A stretch of DNA of 64,000 bases from Desulfomonilia bacterium (GCA_050014195.1 JBEKDT010000001.1:149341-213340); one strand, 5' to 3'. Positions 7,967-16,159 are shown, numbered from the stretch's first letter. Translations and numbers: made by a program. Notes: generated by a model from the letters alone, not told the origin.

Positions 7967-8092
7967 CAAGCCAATGCACCGGACCGCAAACAGCTCGGGG
8001 GCATGCTTCCGGCCCTGCTCCGCCTTCAGTCCAGTGGTGCATTCTGGTTTGGTGCTCCGCTCCGTTTGCGGCAGGTGATCCGCACGTTGGGC
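7961..8092 (+). repeat. attC 9 (long variant, ~130 bp)
   Basis: R'' GCATAAC (revcomp of GTTATGC), L''-like ccggaccgcaaacag, L'-like ccgtttgcggcaggtgatccgc, R' GTTGGGC. Confidence 0.7.
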
Positions 8093-8110
8093 TCAACAGA
8101 GGATAATAAC

Positions 8111-8524
8111 ATGCTGAATAGATCTCTTATCATTGTGATATGTTTTTCATTGATTTCTTGTTCAAACCTTAGAGAAAATGAAAAGATCAATCAAAATAAT
8201 TATAAAAAAACTGATTCAGACGTGAAGCTTTTAGAGTTGTCAAAAGAGGCGTTAACAACATTTCTTAAAAGCCGTCTCACAGCATCTGGATGGACAATAA
8301 CAGTTAATCCTGACAAAAATATAGTTGAGACTAACTGGTATAGAGAACACAAAGGAGAGGTTGTTGTAAAATCTGAAATCAGGATTCATGAGGGACTTAT
8401 CCGTGTAGATGTATGGCAACGTGTTGGATTACTATTTACTTCTGATATTAAGAACGAAAGAACTAGATATTTTGAGTGGGCTATACAAAAACAAATAGAG
8501 AAAACACGTTCACAGTCTCAATAA
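8111..8524 (+). CDS. lipoprotein (138 aa); cassette 10
   Basis: Signal peptide with lipobox LISC. RBS GAGGA. The track start at 8003 lies inside attC9 and is rejected. Confidence 0.6.
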   Translation: MLNRSLIIVICFSLISCSNLRENEKINQNNYKKTDSDVKLLELSKEALTTFLKSRLTASGWTITVNPDKNIVETNWYREHKGEVVVKSEIRIHEGLIRVDVWQRVGLLFTSDIKNERTRYFEWAIQKQIEKTRSQSQ

Positions 8525-8526
8525 AA

Positions 8527-8583
8527 GCCCAACCATGGCATCCCCCGGACGGCTTACAGCCTCCGCTGATCCGCCCGTTATGC
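8527..8583 (+). repeat. attC 10
   Basis: R'' GCCCAAC (revcomp of GTTGGGC), L'' cccggacgg, L' ccgctgatccgc, R' GTTATGC. Confidence 0.85.
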
Positions 8584-8629
8584 AACGAAAGAAAAAGGCA
8601 TGTATCAGTAAATGAGGGTGGGGGTCATC

Positions 8630-9151
8630 ATGCAAAAAGAAGAAGATCACTCTGGAGAATTGGGCAAAAAATTTGCCGCTGTATGTGGCCTTTACTGTGA
8701 GGCGTGCTCATGGTTCATTGCCACCACTGAAGATCCTGAAAGGCTCAAAAGGCTTGCGGCACAATTGCATTTTTCGGAGGAAGAGAGCAAGTGCTATGGA
8801 TGCCGGTCGGACAAGAGGTTGCCTTATTGCGAGAAATGCAAGATGTTCGCTTGCGCAGCTGAACGAGGTATCGACTTTTGCAGCGAATGTGAAGAGTATC
8901 CCTGCGACGACCTAAAACAGTTTCAATCTGCAATGCCTCATCGGATCGAGCTTTGGGCCAATCTGGAACGAATCAAGTCTATTGGTTATAAACATTGGCT
9001 CAAGGAAATTCGGGAAAACTATGCCTGCCCACGGTGCCACATCATCAATTCCACCTACGACTTGAAATGTAGAAAGTGCGGCGAAGAGCCTAGCTGCAAT
9101 TACGTAGCCAAACACCAGCAGGTAATCGAGGAGTATTTGAAGAGTAGATGA
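8630..9151 (+). CDS. cysteine-rich DUF3795-like protein; cassette 11
   Basis: CGLYCEACSWF...CYGC...CEKCKMFACAAERGIDFCSECEEYPC pattern. The start may be 8612 or 8630. Confidence 0.6.
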   Translation: MQKEEDHSGELGKKFAAVCGLYCEACSWFIATTEDPERLKRLAAQLHFSEEESKCYGCRSDKRLPYCEKCKMFACAAERGIDFCSECEEYPCDDLKQFQSAMPHRIELWANLERIKSIGYKHWLKEIRENYACPRCHIINSTYDLKCRKCGEEPSCNYVAKHQQVIEEYLKSR

Positions 9152-9158
9152 TGGGGTC

Positions 9159-9256
9159 GCCGGGGTCTCAACATATGACAAATTTGTTGATTGTTGAGAC
9201 CCTGACCCCGGTGCTTCGCCCGACGTTTTGCCTGCCTGTGATTTGCGACGTTATGT
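9159..9256 (+). repeat. atypical recombination-site-like element (nested palindrome plus degenerate attC ending GTTATGT)
   Basis: Perfect nested palindrome ggggtctcaaca..acaaatttgt..tgttgagacccc (~9161-9213). It is followed by cgcccgacg / cctgtgatttgcgac (weak L''/L') and GTTATGT at 9250-9256. The expected R'' GCATAAC is absent. Confidence 0.4.
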
Positions 9257-9272
9257 GAAGGAGAATAAAAGA

Positions 9273-9692
9273 ATGAGAGATGCGAGCAAAACAATTGGCA
9301 ATCTGATCGAAAGAGCAAGCGTTTCTATTATCAGTTCCGTTGATGAAGACGGTTTTCCTAATTCAAAGGCAATGCTTCCACCGAGGAAAAGGGAAGGCAT
9401 AAAGCATATCTTCTTCACGACCAATACATCCTCAATGAGAGTAAGGCAATATCTCAATAACCCGAAAGCGTGCGTATATTTCTTTGATAATAGATTCTTC
9501 AAGGGCATTATGCTGAGGGGCACCATGGAAGTCCTGCATGATAGCGCATCTAAGGAAATGATCTGGAAGCATGGCGACGAAATGTATTATCCAAAGGGTG
9601 TAACTGATCCCGATTACTGCGTGCTCAGGTTCACTGCTCAAAGTGGAAGGTATTACAGCAATTTTAAATCTGAGAATTTTGAAGTTGAGTAG
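9273..9692 (+). CDS. pyridoxamine 5'-phosphate oxidase-like FMN-binding protein; cassette 12
   Basis: Split-barrel PNPOx-family pattern (SVDEDGFPNSKAM...ACVYFFD...MLRGTMEVL). RBS GAAGGAGAA. Confidence 0.6.
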   Translation: MRDASKTIGNLIERASVSIISSVDEDGFPNSKAMLPPRKREGIKHIFFTTNTSSMRVRQYLNNPKACVYFFDNRFFKGIMLRGTMEVLHDSASKEMIWKHGDEMYYPKGVTDPDYCVLRFTAQSGRYYSNFKSENFEVE

Positions 9693-9706
9693 AGACCCAA
9701 GCTATC

Positions 9707-9770
9707 ACATAACCAGCGCATCCAGGCAGACGCGTCGTGTCCGCCGCGCCGCTGATTCGCAATGTTCGGT
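9707..9770 (+). repeat. attC 12
   Basis: R'' ACATAAC (revcomp of GTTATGT at 9250; one mismatch to the revcomp of GTTATGC at 8577), L' gccgctgattcgc, R' GTTCGGT. Confidence 0.75.
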
Positions 9771-9904
9771 ACACTTGATTGGATCGTCATCGTGACAAGA
9801 GGGTGTTCTTTTGTTGCTGCATATCTGAGCGCTCATAGTTGTTTTCCGTTCGCTGCTTTTCAGGCGTACGGTCAGCCAATATAGAGAATGCTGGAGGATG
9901 AACC

Positions 9905-10198
9905 ATGAACGACAATTTCGAAAAGAGGCTTTGGGCCGCAGCGCTGGCAGGATGGTGGACCTTGCTGGTGGCCGCAGGGGTTCTGATGCTTCAGTGGATC
10001 GTCTACCTGCTGGTTATGTCCGGACGACCCATGTGGTTTCTTTCCCTCTGGGGGCCTGATGTCAGCTGGCATGACGTTCATAACATCTGGTTTCTGGGCT
10101 TAGGGTTCTTCAAGGTCTGCTTGCTACTTTTGGCGGTTGTGGTTCTCTGGCTTACCTTGTGGGCCAGGCGATTACGAAAAGGGGCTGGCAGTTCATGA
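9905..10198 (+). CDS. small membrane protein (97 aa); cassette 13
   Basis: Trp-rich hydrophobic helices. RBS GGAGGATGA. Preceded by a 135-nt untranslated leader. Confidence 0.55.
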   Translation: MNDNFEKRLWAAALAGWWTLLVAAGVLMLQWIVYLLVMSGRPMWFLSLWGPDVSWHDVHNIWFLGLGFFKVCLLLLAVVVLWLTLWARRLRKGAGSS

Positions 10199-10294
10199 AG
10201 TCTTGAATTCGCTCTCGCTCGCTTTTCCACAAACAGTCAGGTCGTCGCTGCGATCGCAATTAGAGAGCAAAGGACGGAGTTATCTCGTAAGTGC

Positions 10295-10314
10295 GCCCAA
10301 CTAGGGCGTTGGGT
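10295..10314 (+). repeat. minimal R''/R' inverted pair (possible attC remnant)
   Basis: GCCCAAC-tagggc-GTTGGGT with no L boxes. It sits between two ORFs that may belong to a single cassette. Confidence 0.3.
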
Positions 10315-10334
10315 CAAAGGAAGGAGATACAAGA

Positions 10335-10757
10335 ATGTTCAGAAGAATAGTGTGTTTTGCAGTCATTGGACTTGTCCTTGGTACTGCTGCTCTCATGGCT
10401 GACGAATCCGATAGGGGGAAGGCTGCAGTTGCTTCAGCTGAAGAATGGCTTGGAATTGTTGATGAAGGTAACTATATTGAGAGCTGGAAGGAATCGTCTG
10501 AATATTTTCAGCAAGCCATCAAACAGGATCAGTGGGAACAAGCAGTTCAGGCGGTACGGAAGCCCCTCGGCAAATTGGTTTCAAGGAAAGTGATGAGTGC
10601 CTCATACAGAACGTCTCTCCCGGGAGCACCCGATGGGCAGTATGTGGTAATCAAATTTAACACCTGGTTCGAGAATAAAAAATCAGCTATTGAGACAGTT
10701 ACTCCAAAGATGGACAAAGATGGGATGTGGAGAGTTTCCGGTTACTACATCAAATGA
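10335..10757 (+). CDS. secreted DUF4019-like protein; cassette 13/14
   Basis: Signal peptide, then EEWLGIVDEGNY..SW..S...FQ pattern. Strong RBS AAGGAAGGAGA. Confidence 0.55.
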   Translation: MFRRIVCFAVIGLVLGTAALMADESDRGKAAVASAEEWLGIVDEGNYIESWKESSEYFQQAIKQDQWEQAVQAVRKPLGKLVSRKVMSASYRTSLPGAPDGQYVVIKFNTWFENKKSAIETVTPKMDKDGMWRVSGYYIK

Positions 10758-10823
10758 AGACCAGACAATGGCATCCTCGCGGATGCGGGCTGCGCCAGCG
10801 CCGCTGATGCCTGGCTGTTCGAC
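10757..10823 (+). repeat. attC 14
   Basis: Degenerate R'' ACCAGAC (two mismatches to the revcomp of GTTCGGT at 9764), L'' catcctcgcggatgcggg, L' gcgccagcgccgctgatgc, R' GTTCGAC. Confidence 0.7.
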
Positions 10824-10831
10824 GGAGAGAA

Positions 10832-11500
10832 ATGAAGAAGAAAACATTGCTGAGTTGGAGTAGCGGGAAGGACAGCGCATGGGCGCTTCACCTGCTCCAA
10901 CAAGATCCGCAGATTGAGCTTCTCGGCATGTTTACTGTAATGAATCAAAAATACAGTCGTGTGTCGATGCACGCCACCCGGTTGGAGATGCTTCAGCGTC
11001 AAGCCGAGGCAGTAGGTCTGCCGATCCAAACGATCAGTCTTCCCGACCCGTGCACAAACGAGCAATACGACGCTATCATGCGACACTTCGTCACCGAGTC
11101 TGTCAACAAGGGGATTGAGTGCATGGCATTCGGAGATCTGTTCCTTGAGGACGTCCGAAAGTATCGGGAGAATCAACTGAAAGGGAGTGGGATCGATCCT
11201 CTTTTCCCGTTGTGGGGAATCCCCACGAGCGACCTGGCTGAGCAAATGTTGTCAGCAGGACTCGAAGCCTATGTCAGCAGTGTTGATCTCAAGAAATTGC
11301 CTTCGCGTTTTGCCGGACAAAAATGGTCAAGGGACTTGATTGTGGAATTTCCCAAGGATTGCGACCCATGTGGAGAGAACGGGGAAATCCACACGGTCGC
11401 CGTGGGCGGCCCGATGTTTCGGAAAACAGTCCTTGTCAAAGTCGGCGACGTGGTGAATCGAAAAGGATTTGCTTACGCTGACATCATTCCGATTAACTGA
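10832..11500 (+). CDS. PP-loop ATP pyrophosphatase of the MJ0570/Dph6-like family (ATP_bind_4); cassette 15
   Basis: N-terminal LLSWSSGKDS PP-loop. Length and architecture match diphthine-ammonia-ligase-like enzymes. Confidence 0.65.
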   Translation: MKKKTLLSWSSGKDSAWALHLLQQDPQIELLGMFTVMNQKYSRVSMHATRLEMLQRQAEAVGLPIQTISLPDPCTNEQYDAIMRHFVTESVNKGIECMAFGDLFLEDVRKYRENQLKGSGIDPLFPLWGIPTSDLAEQMLSAGLEAYVSSVDLKKLPSRFAGQKWSRDLIVEFPKDCDPCGENGEIHTVAVGGPMFRKTVLVKVGDVVNRKGFAYADIIPIN

Positions 11501-11507
11501 AACGACT

Positions 11508-11565
11508 GTCGAACCAAGGAGTGCAGGCGATGCGATACCCGCGAGCCTGACTCCTGCCGTTGGAG
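11508..11565 (+). repeat. attC 15
   Basis: R'' GTCGAAC (revcomp of GTTCGAC), L''-like gcaggcgatgcg, L' gcgagcctgactcc, R' GTTGGAG. Confidence 0.75.
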
Positions 11566-11572
11566 GTTTGCA

Positions 11573-12121
11573 ATGACCCAAGCATTGTTACTCATAGACA
11601 TTCAGAACGATTACTTCCCTGGCGGGGCAATGGAACTAGTGGGAAGTTCTCCTGCTGCGGCGCAGGCCGGGAAACTACTTCAGGCGTTCAGACAAAAAGC
11701 GCTGAGCGTTATCCACATCCAACACATCTCGACAAGACCAGGAGCGACCTTCTTTTTGCCGAATACCGCTGGGGTACAAATTCACGAGAGCGTAGCTCCC
11801 AACAGTGGCGAAACGGTCTTTCAGAAACACTACCCGAACAGCTTTCGTGAAACACGTCTGCTTGAGCACCTTCGTGAGAATCAAATCTCGCAGCTTGTGA
11901 TCGCAGGGATGATGACCCATATGTGCATTGACACTACCTCACGTGCTGCCACCGACCTTGGCTTCCCGTGCGTTCTGGCTCATGACGCATGCGCTACAAG
12001 AGCTCTGTCGTTTAATGGCGCTACTGTTTCTGCTCAGAGCGTACAAACAGCATTCCTCGCAGCCCTTAATGGCCTGTTTGCCGAAGTGCTGTCAGTGGAG
12101 GAAATATGCACCAACCTCTAA
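11573..12121 (+). CDS. isochorismatase-family cysteine hydrolase; cassette 16
   Basis: ALLLIDIQNDYF N-terminus, and a catalytic Cys in MMTHMCIDTT. Confidence 0.75.
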   Translation: MTQALLLIDIQNDYFPGGAMELVGSSPAAAQAGKLLQAFRQKALSVIHIQHISTRPGATFFLPNTAGVQIHESVAPNSGETVFQKHYPNSFRETRLLEHLRENQISQLVIAGMMTHMCIDTTSRAATDLGFPCVLAHDACATRALSFNGATVSAQSVQTAFLAALNGLFAEVLSVEEICTNL

Positions 12122-12178
12122 CGAGCTGATCCGGCAGACCGGGGCTAAGCCCCGCGCCGCTGATACCTGCCGTGAGAG
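12116..12178 (+). repeat. attC 16 (mutated R' box GTGAGAG)
   Basis: R'' CTCTAAC, L'' cagaccgggg, L' ccccgcgccgctgatacc. The R' reads cGTGAGAG, whereas GTTAGAG is expected from the next cassette's R'' CTCTAAC. Confidence 0.7.
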
Positions 12179-12190
12179 GGCAAGGACCCT

Positions 12191-12988
12191 ATGCAACCAG
12201 TGCAACAGAAATGGAATGCTGAGGATTACGCGAAGAATTCTTCGGCACAGCTACAGTGGGCGCAGGAGCTTATTTCAAAACTCTTCTTGCAGGGTTGCGA
12301 ATCTGTGCTTGATATCGGATGCGGAGATGGGAAGATCAGCGCCCAACTTGCGCTGGCTGCCAAGAACGGAAACGTGCTGGGCATTGATCTATCTGAAGAC
12401 ATGATTCGGCTTGCCTCAGAGCAGTTTCCTTCAGCGAAATACCCCAACCTGTCTTTCTTGCGTATGGACGCAACAGGCATTCGCCTTTCTGAGAGATTCG
12501 ACGTCGCATTCTCAAACGCCGCCCTTCATTGGGTGAAAAACCATATTGCAGTTCTTCGAGGCGTGCATGCCTGCCTCAAGTCCGGTGGCAAGATATTGTT
12601 TCAGATGGGCGGCCGCGGAAACGCAACTGAGGTTTTTGGCGCCATTGAGAAAGTTTTACGGCACCCTCGGTGGCGGCGGTACTATAAAGACTTCACACCA
12701 CCCTACCACTTTTATGGACCGGAAGAATATGAAGCCTGGCTATTGGAAAGCGGTTTTCGCTCGGTACGTGTTGAACTCGTGCCAAAAGATATGCAGCATG
12801 GTGCGGAGGGGTTTAAGGGTTGGCTACGGACAACTTGGTTCCCCTATACCGACCGCTTGCCGGTCGAACTGCGCGATGCCTTTCTTGCGGAAGTGGTCGA
12901 GACTTATACGGCGGTAAATCCGTTTGACGCTCTCGGCCATACACACGTCAAAATGGTCCGTTTGGAGGTCGAGGCGTATGCCCTCTAA
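12191..12988 (+). CDS. trans-aconitate methyltransferase (Tam)-like SAM-dependent methyltransferase; cassette 17
   Basis: W.AEDY...S..Q..WA N-terminus, SAM motif LDIGCGDG, and Tam-like length and C-terminal region. Confidence 0.65.
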   Translation: MQPVQQKWNAEDYAKNSSAQLQWAQELISKLFLQGCESVLDIGCGDGKISAQLALAAKNGNVLGIDLSEDMIRLASEQFPSAKYPNLSFLRMDATGIRLSERFDVAFSNAALHWVKNHIAVLRGVHACLKSGGKILFQMGGRGNATEVFGAIEKVLRHPRWRRYYKDFTPPYHFYGPEEYEAWLLESGFRSVRVELVPKDMQHGAEGFKGWLRTTWFPYTDRLPVELRDAFLAEVVETYTAVNPFDALGHTHVKMVRLEVEAYAL

Positions 12989-13040
12989 CAATTCGCTCAA
13001 CGCGGACGTGCAAAAGCGCCGGTTAGCTCAAACGTTATGT
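12983..13040 (+). repeat. attC 17
   Basis: R'' CTCTAAC, L'' cgcggacg, L' caaaagcgccgg, R' GTTATGT. Confidence 0.7.
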
Positions 13041-13059
13041 GGCAAATGGGAGAAGACAA

Positions 13060-13743
13060 ATGGCTTACACTTTGGAAAAAGTAGTTCCTTGGGGACGATC
13101 TTTCGACGAATATTTGGCAATGTTTGCATTGTCGGAAGAAGACCTTAGAAAGCGGTTACTAGGATGTGGAGACGGTCCCGCAAGCTTTAATTGTATGATG
13201 AAACGTCGTGGAGGCCATGTAGTTTCTGTCGATCCGATTTACACTTTCAGTGCCGGTGAAATAAGAAGTCGGATAGATGAAACATATGAAGAGGTTATGG
13301 AACAAGCTAGAAAAAACAAACATGAGTTCGTGTGGAGACATATCTCATCAGTTGATGAACTCGGCAAAGTTCGTATGTCTGCTATGAACGACTTTTTGTC
13401 TGATTATGCAGTAGGTTTAAAAGAAGGTCGTTATGTAGACGCGAGTTTGCCTACGCTTCCATTCTCAGATCGAGAATTTGACATTGCTTTATGTTCGCAC
13501 TTTCTCTTTCTTTACAGCGAGCACCTTTCAGAAGATTTTCATATCCAGTCAATTGAAGAACTCTGCCGAGTTGCATCTGAAGTAAGGATATTCCCTCTGT
13601 TGGAGTTGGGAGCCAAAGAATCAAGACATCTCAAGATAGTCGTGGATAGACTTGAAAAAGGTGGTTTTGTTGTCGATATGAAGAAAGTGCCTTATGAGTT
13701 TCAAAAAGGTGGAAACGAAATGTTGAGGGTTACAGCCACATAA
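13060..13743 (+). CDS. class I SAM-dependent methyltransferase; cassette 18
   Basis: LGCGDGPASFN motif I and acidic motif II. RBS GGGAGAAG before the ATG at 13060. Confidence 0.6.
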   Translation: MAYTLEKVVPWGRSFDEYLAMFALSEEDLRKRLLGCGDGPASFNCMMKRRGGHVVSVDPIYTFSAGEIRSRIDETYEEVMEQARKNKHEFVWRHISSVDELGKVRMSAMNDFLSDYAVGLKEGRYVDASLPTLPFSDREFDIALCSHFLFLYSEHLSEDFHIQSIEELCRVASEVRIFPLLELGAKESRHLKIVVDRLEKGGFVVDMKKVPYEFQKGGNEMLRVTAT

Positions 13744-13807
13744 CAAATCAATGCACCTGAGAGCAAATCGCTGTGCGATTTCCGGCAAGTGATTTCTGCC
13801 GTTGGAG
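13738..13807 (+). repeat. attC 18
   Basis: R'' ACATAAC (revcomp of GTTATGT), stem gagcaaatcgc / gcgatttc, R' GTTGGAG. Confidence 0.75.
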
Positions 13808-13824
13808 GTCCGTTGGAGATAACA

Positions 13825-14397
13825 ATGAATCAGAAAAAATATGCGCTGATCATAATTGATATGCAAAATGATTTTGTTTTATCTGGTACACCAGCGTGCG
13901 TTGCTGGTGCTTATGCCACGATCCCGTGTATAAAAAGGTTGCTTGATTTTTACAGGGCAAATGGATGGCCGGTATTTCATGTCATACGGGAATATCGTGC
14001 AGATGGAAGTGATATCGAGTTTACCCGCCTCCAGGGTTTTCTTAACAACAAGCGCTATGCAGTGCCTGGCACGAAAGGTTGTGAAATTGTGGAAAGCCTT
14101 GCACCAGTTGAAGGAGAGTATAGGGTCATAAAGAATAGATTCAGTGGTTTTATGAATACGGAGTTAGATTTTATGTTGAGAAGGGTCGGGGCAACGCACC
14201 TGGTCATATGCGGAACTCAGTATCCTAACTGTGTCCGGGCTACTATCTTTGATGCCATTGCATATGGGTATCCTGTAATCAACATTACCGATGCCACATC
14301 AGCACAGACTCCACAAATTGCAGATGCAAATATCGTAGATTTAAAGAATATCGGAGTTGACTGTATTTCGTTAGATGAGTTTATGAAATTATTCTGA
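13825..14397 (+). CDS. isochorismatase-family hydrolase (second, divergent copy); cassette 19
   Basis: ALIIIDMQNDF and LVICGTQYPNCVRAT catalytic-Cys region. Confidence 0.75.
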   Translation: MNQKKYALIIIDMQNDFVLSGTPACVAGAYATIPCIKRLLDFYRANGWPVFHVIREYRADGSDIEFTRLQGFLNNKRYAVPGTKGCEIVESLAPVEGEYRVIKNRFSGFMNTELDFMLRRVGATHLVICGTQYPNCVRATIFDAIAYGYPVINITDATSAQTPQIADANIVDLKNIGVDCISLDEFMKLF

Positions 14398-14411
14398 AAT
14401 GGGAGAGAATC

Positions 14412-14472
14412 TCTCCAACAAACGAAGCACCGGACGGGGCAAGCGCCAGGCCGATGATCTCCGTCGTTATGC
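14412..14472 (+). repeat. attC 19
   Basis: R'' CTCCAAC (revcomp of GTTGGAG), L'' caccggacgg, L' gccgatgatc, R' GTTATGC. Confidence 0.85.
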
Positions 14473-14503
14473 GCCAGTATTAGTAGAATATAGGTGATAG
14501 CAA

Positions 14504-14989
14504 ATGGATGATCTTACTATCCGGAATGTAGAGCCGACTGATTATCAGCCTGTCATTTCTGTGCTGAATGACTGGTGGGGCGGTCGGAATATGAGTGACA
14601 TGCTCCCGAAACTCTTCTTTGTTCACTTTTGTGAGACAAGCTTTGTGGCTGAGGCTGAAGGAAAGATCGTCGGGTTCCTCATAGGTTTTTTATCACAGAC
14701 TTTCCCGGATCAGGCCTATATACACTTTGCCGGGGTTCACCCAGATTATCGAAGGAAAGGATTAGCGGGCAATCTCTACAGGCATTTTTTTGAGATTTCC
14801 CGGAACCATGGCTGCAGGGTCGTCCACTGCGTAACCTCGCCTGTTAATAAAGCTGCAATCGCATTTCACCTTCGGATGGGGTTCAGCATTGAACAGGGTG
14901 ATAAGCTCATCGAAGGTATTTCAGTTGCTGAGAACTATGATGGGTACGGTAGCGACCGGGTTTTGTTCATAAAATTGCTCGGCACATAA
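14504..14989 (+). CDS. GNAT-family N-acetyltransferase; cassette 20
   Basis: Acetyl-CoA binding motif VHPDYRRKGLAGNL. Confidence 0.75.
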   Translation: MDDLTIRNVEPTDYQPVISVLNDWWGGRNMSDMLPKLFFVHFCETSFVAEAEGKIVGFLIGFLSQTFPDQAYIHFAGVHPDYRRKGLAGNLYRHFFEISRNHGCRVVHCVTSPVNKAAIAFHLRMGFSIEQGDKLIEGISVAENYDGYGSDRVLFIKLLGT

Positions 14990-15049
14990 CAAGGGCATCC
15001 AGGCGGAAGCGGGCTGCCCAGCGCCGCCGCTGATGCACACCGTTATCTC
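14984..15049 (+). repeat. attC 20 (R' box GTTATCT)
   Basis: R'' GCATAAC (revcomp of GTTATGC), L'' ccaggcggaagcggg, L' gccgccgctgatgc, R' GTTATCT. Confidence 0.8.
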
Positions 15050-15067
15050 CCAATATTCAATCCCTGC

Positions 15068-15110
15068 TTGACATTCAAAATGGTATGATTAATTATCATA
15101 CCGGAGGCGG
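15068..15110 (+). promoter_or_regulatory. mazEF cassette promoter with palindromic operator
   Basis: TTGACA at 15068-15073. Near-perfect palindrome GTATGATTAATTATCATAC (15083-15101) overlaps the -10 region, and RBS GGAGG lies 5 nt before the ATG. Confidence 0.5.
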
Positions 15111-15113
15111 AAA

Positions 15114-15356
15114 ATGAGATCAGCCAAGGTTGCAATCACGATTGATGACGAAACCCTTCAAAGGCTTGACCGTCTTGTGAAGGAACATGTTTTTCCTAAT
15201 CGAAGCAAGGCGATACAAGAGGCCGTACAGGATAAAATTAAACGTATTGAGAAAACCAGGCTCGCCCGGGAATGCGCAAAGCTTGACCCTTTATATGAGC
15301 AAGCACTTGCTGACGAAGGAATTTCTGAGGATATGAACGAATGGCCAGAATATTAA
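15114..15356 (+). CDS. mazE: ribbon-helix-helix (MazE/CopG-like) antitoxin; cassette 21
   Basis: 80 aa with an N-terminal RHH pattern ([19 protein letters not shown]). It overlaps the downstream toxin gene. Confidence 0.7.
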   Translation: MRSAKVAITIDDETLQRLDRLVKEHVFPNRSKAIQEAVQDKIKRIEKTRLARECAKLDPLYEQALADEGISEDMNEWPEY

Positions 15357-15679
15357 GAGGTGATATCCGCCTCGCTGATCTGAATCCCACAAAAGGGAAA
15401 GAACAAGCCGGCATCAGACCCGTACTTATCTTAAGTCATGATGTCTTCAATGAAAGATCGGGAACTGTTATAGCCATGGCAATCACAAGCCAGCCGCAGC
15501 GCGCCGGATTTCCTCTCACATTTGAACTTGAGTCCGACAAGCTCCCGAAAAAATCATGGGTGAAAATCAGCCAAGTAAGAACACTGTCTGTACAGCGTAT
15601 TGGGAAGAAGATCACCAATCTACCACCTGAAATCCTCGACCACCTTATTGATGGTCTGGGTGAGATTATTGGAAGATAA
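15341..15679 (+). CDS. mazF: MazF/PemK-family endoribonuclease toxin; cassette 21
   Basis: [25 protein letters not shown]...AITSQ pattern of MazF/PemK. Confidence 0.8.
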   Translation: MARILRGDIRLADLNPTKGKEQAGIRPVLILSHDVFNERSGTVIAMAITSQPQRAGFPLTFELESDKLPKKSWVKISQVRTLSVQRIGKKITNLPPEILDHLIDGLGEIIGR

Positions 15680-15736
15680 CTTCTCACTGCACCAGACCGC
15701 AGCTTACGCCGCGGCCGGTGATCTCACGCGTTAGAG
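15673..15736 (+). repeat. attC 21
   Basis: R'' AGATAAC is the exact revcomp of the unusual upstream R' GTTATCT. L'' cagaccgcagc, L' gcggccggtgatc, R' GTTAGAG. Confidence 0.85.
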
Positions 15737-15749
15737 CCCTCACCAACAA

Positions 15750-16157
15750 ATGATAGAGTCAATAAGTCACATTACTTTCATCGTCAAAGATGTTGAAAGA
15801 ACGGGGCATTTCCTGCGATCGATCTTCGATGCCGAAGAGGTCTATGACAGTGCGGGGAAGAACTTTTCAATTTCATACGAGAAGTTCTTTATTATCGGGG
15901 GTGCTTGGATAGCGGTTATGCAAGGTGAGCCATTGTCGGAGCGTTCTTATAACCATGTTGCATTCAAGGTATCCGACTCTGAGTTTGATGAGTATGTATC
16001 AAGACTAAAGCGACTTGGGATCGAGGTGGAACCAGGTCGTGACCGGGTTAGTGGTGAGGCCCGGTCAATATATTTCTATGATTACGACAACCATCTCTTC
16101 GAGCTGCACACCGGCACGCTTCATGAGAGGCTGGTGCATTATTCCAAAGGGAAATAA
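15750..16157 (+). CDS. fosX: FosX/FosB-like fosfomycin-resistance protein (VOC/glyoxalase superfamily); cassette 22
   Basis: 135 aa, co-linear with Listeria FosX as recalled from memory. Shared blocks include SHITFIVKD, YNHVAF, PGRDRV.GE.RSIYFYD.DNHLFELHTGTL and ERL..Y. Confidence 0.65.
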   Translation: MIESISHITFIVKDVERTGHFLRSIFDAEEVYDSAGKNFSISYEKFFIIGGAWIAVMQGEPLSERSYNHVAFKVSDSEFDEYVSRLKRLGIEVEPGRDRVSGEARSIYFYDYDNHLFELHTGTLHERLVHYSKGK

Positions 16158-16159
16158 AG

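Noticed and set aside
12111-12122. Whether ccaacctctaac means attC16 has two overlapping R'' candidates
   Set aside because: Only CTCTAAC is positioned correctly relative to the L'' box. The ccaacc is part of the upstream coding sequence.
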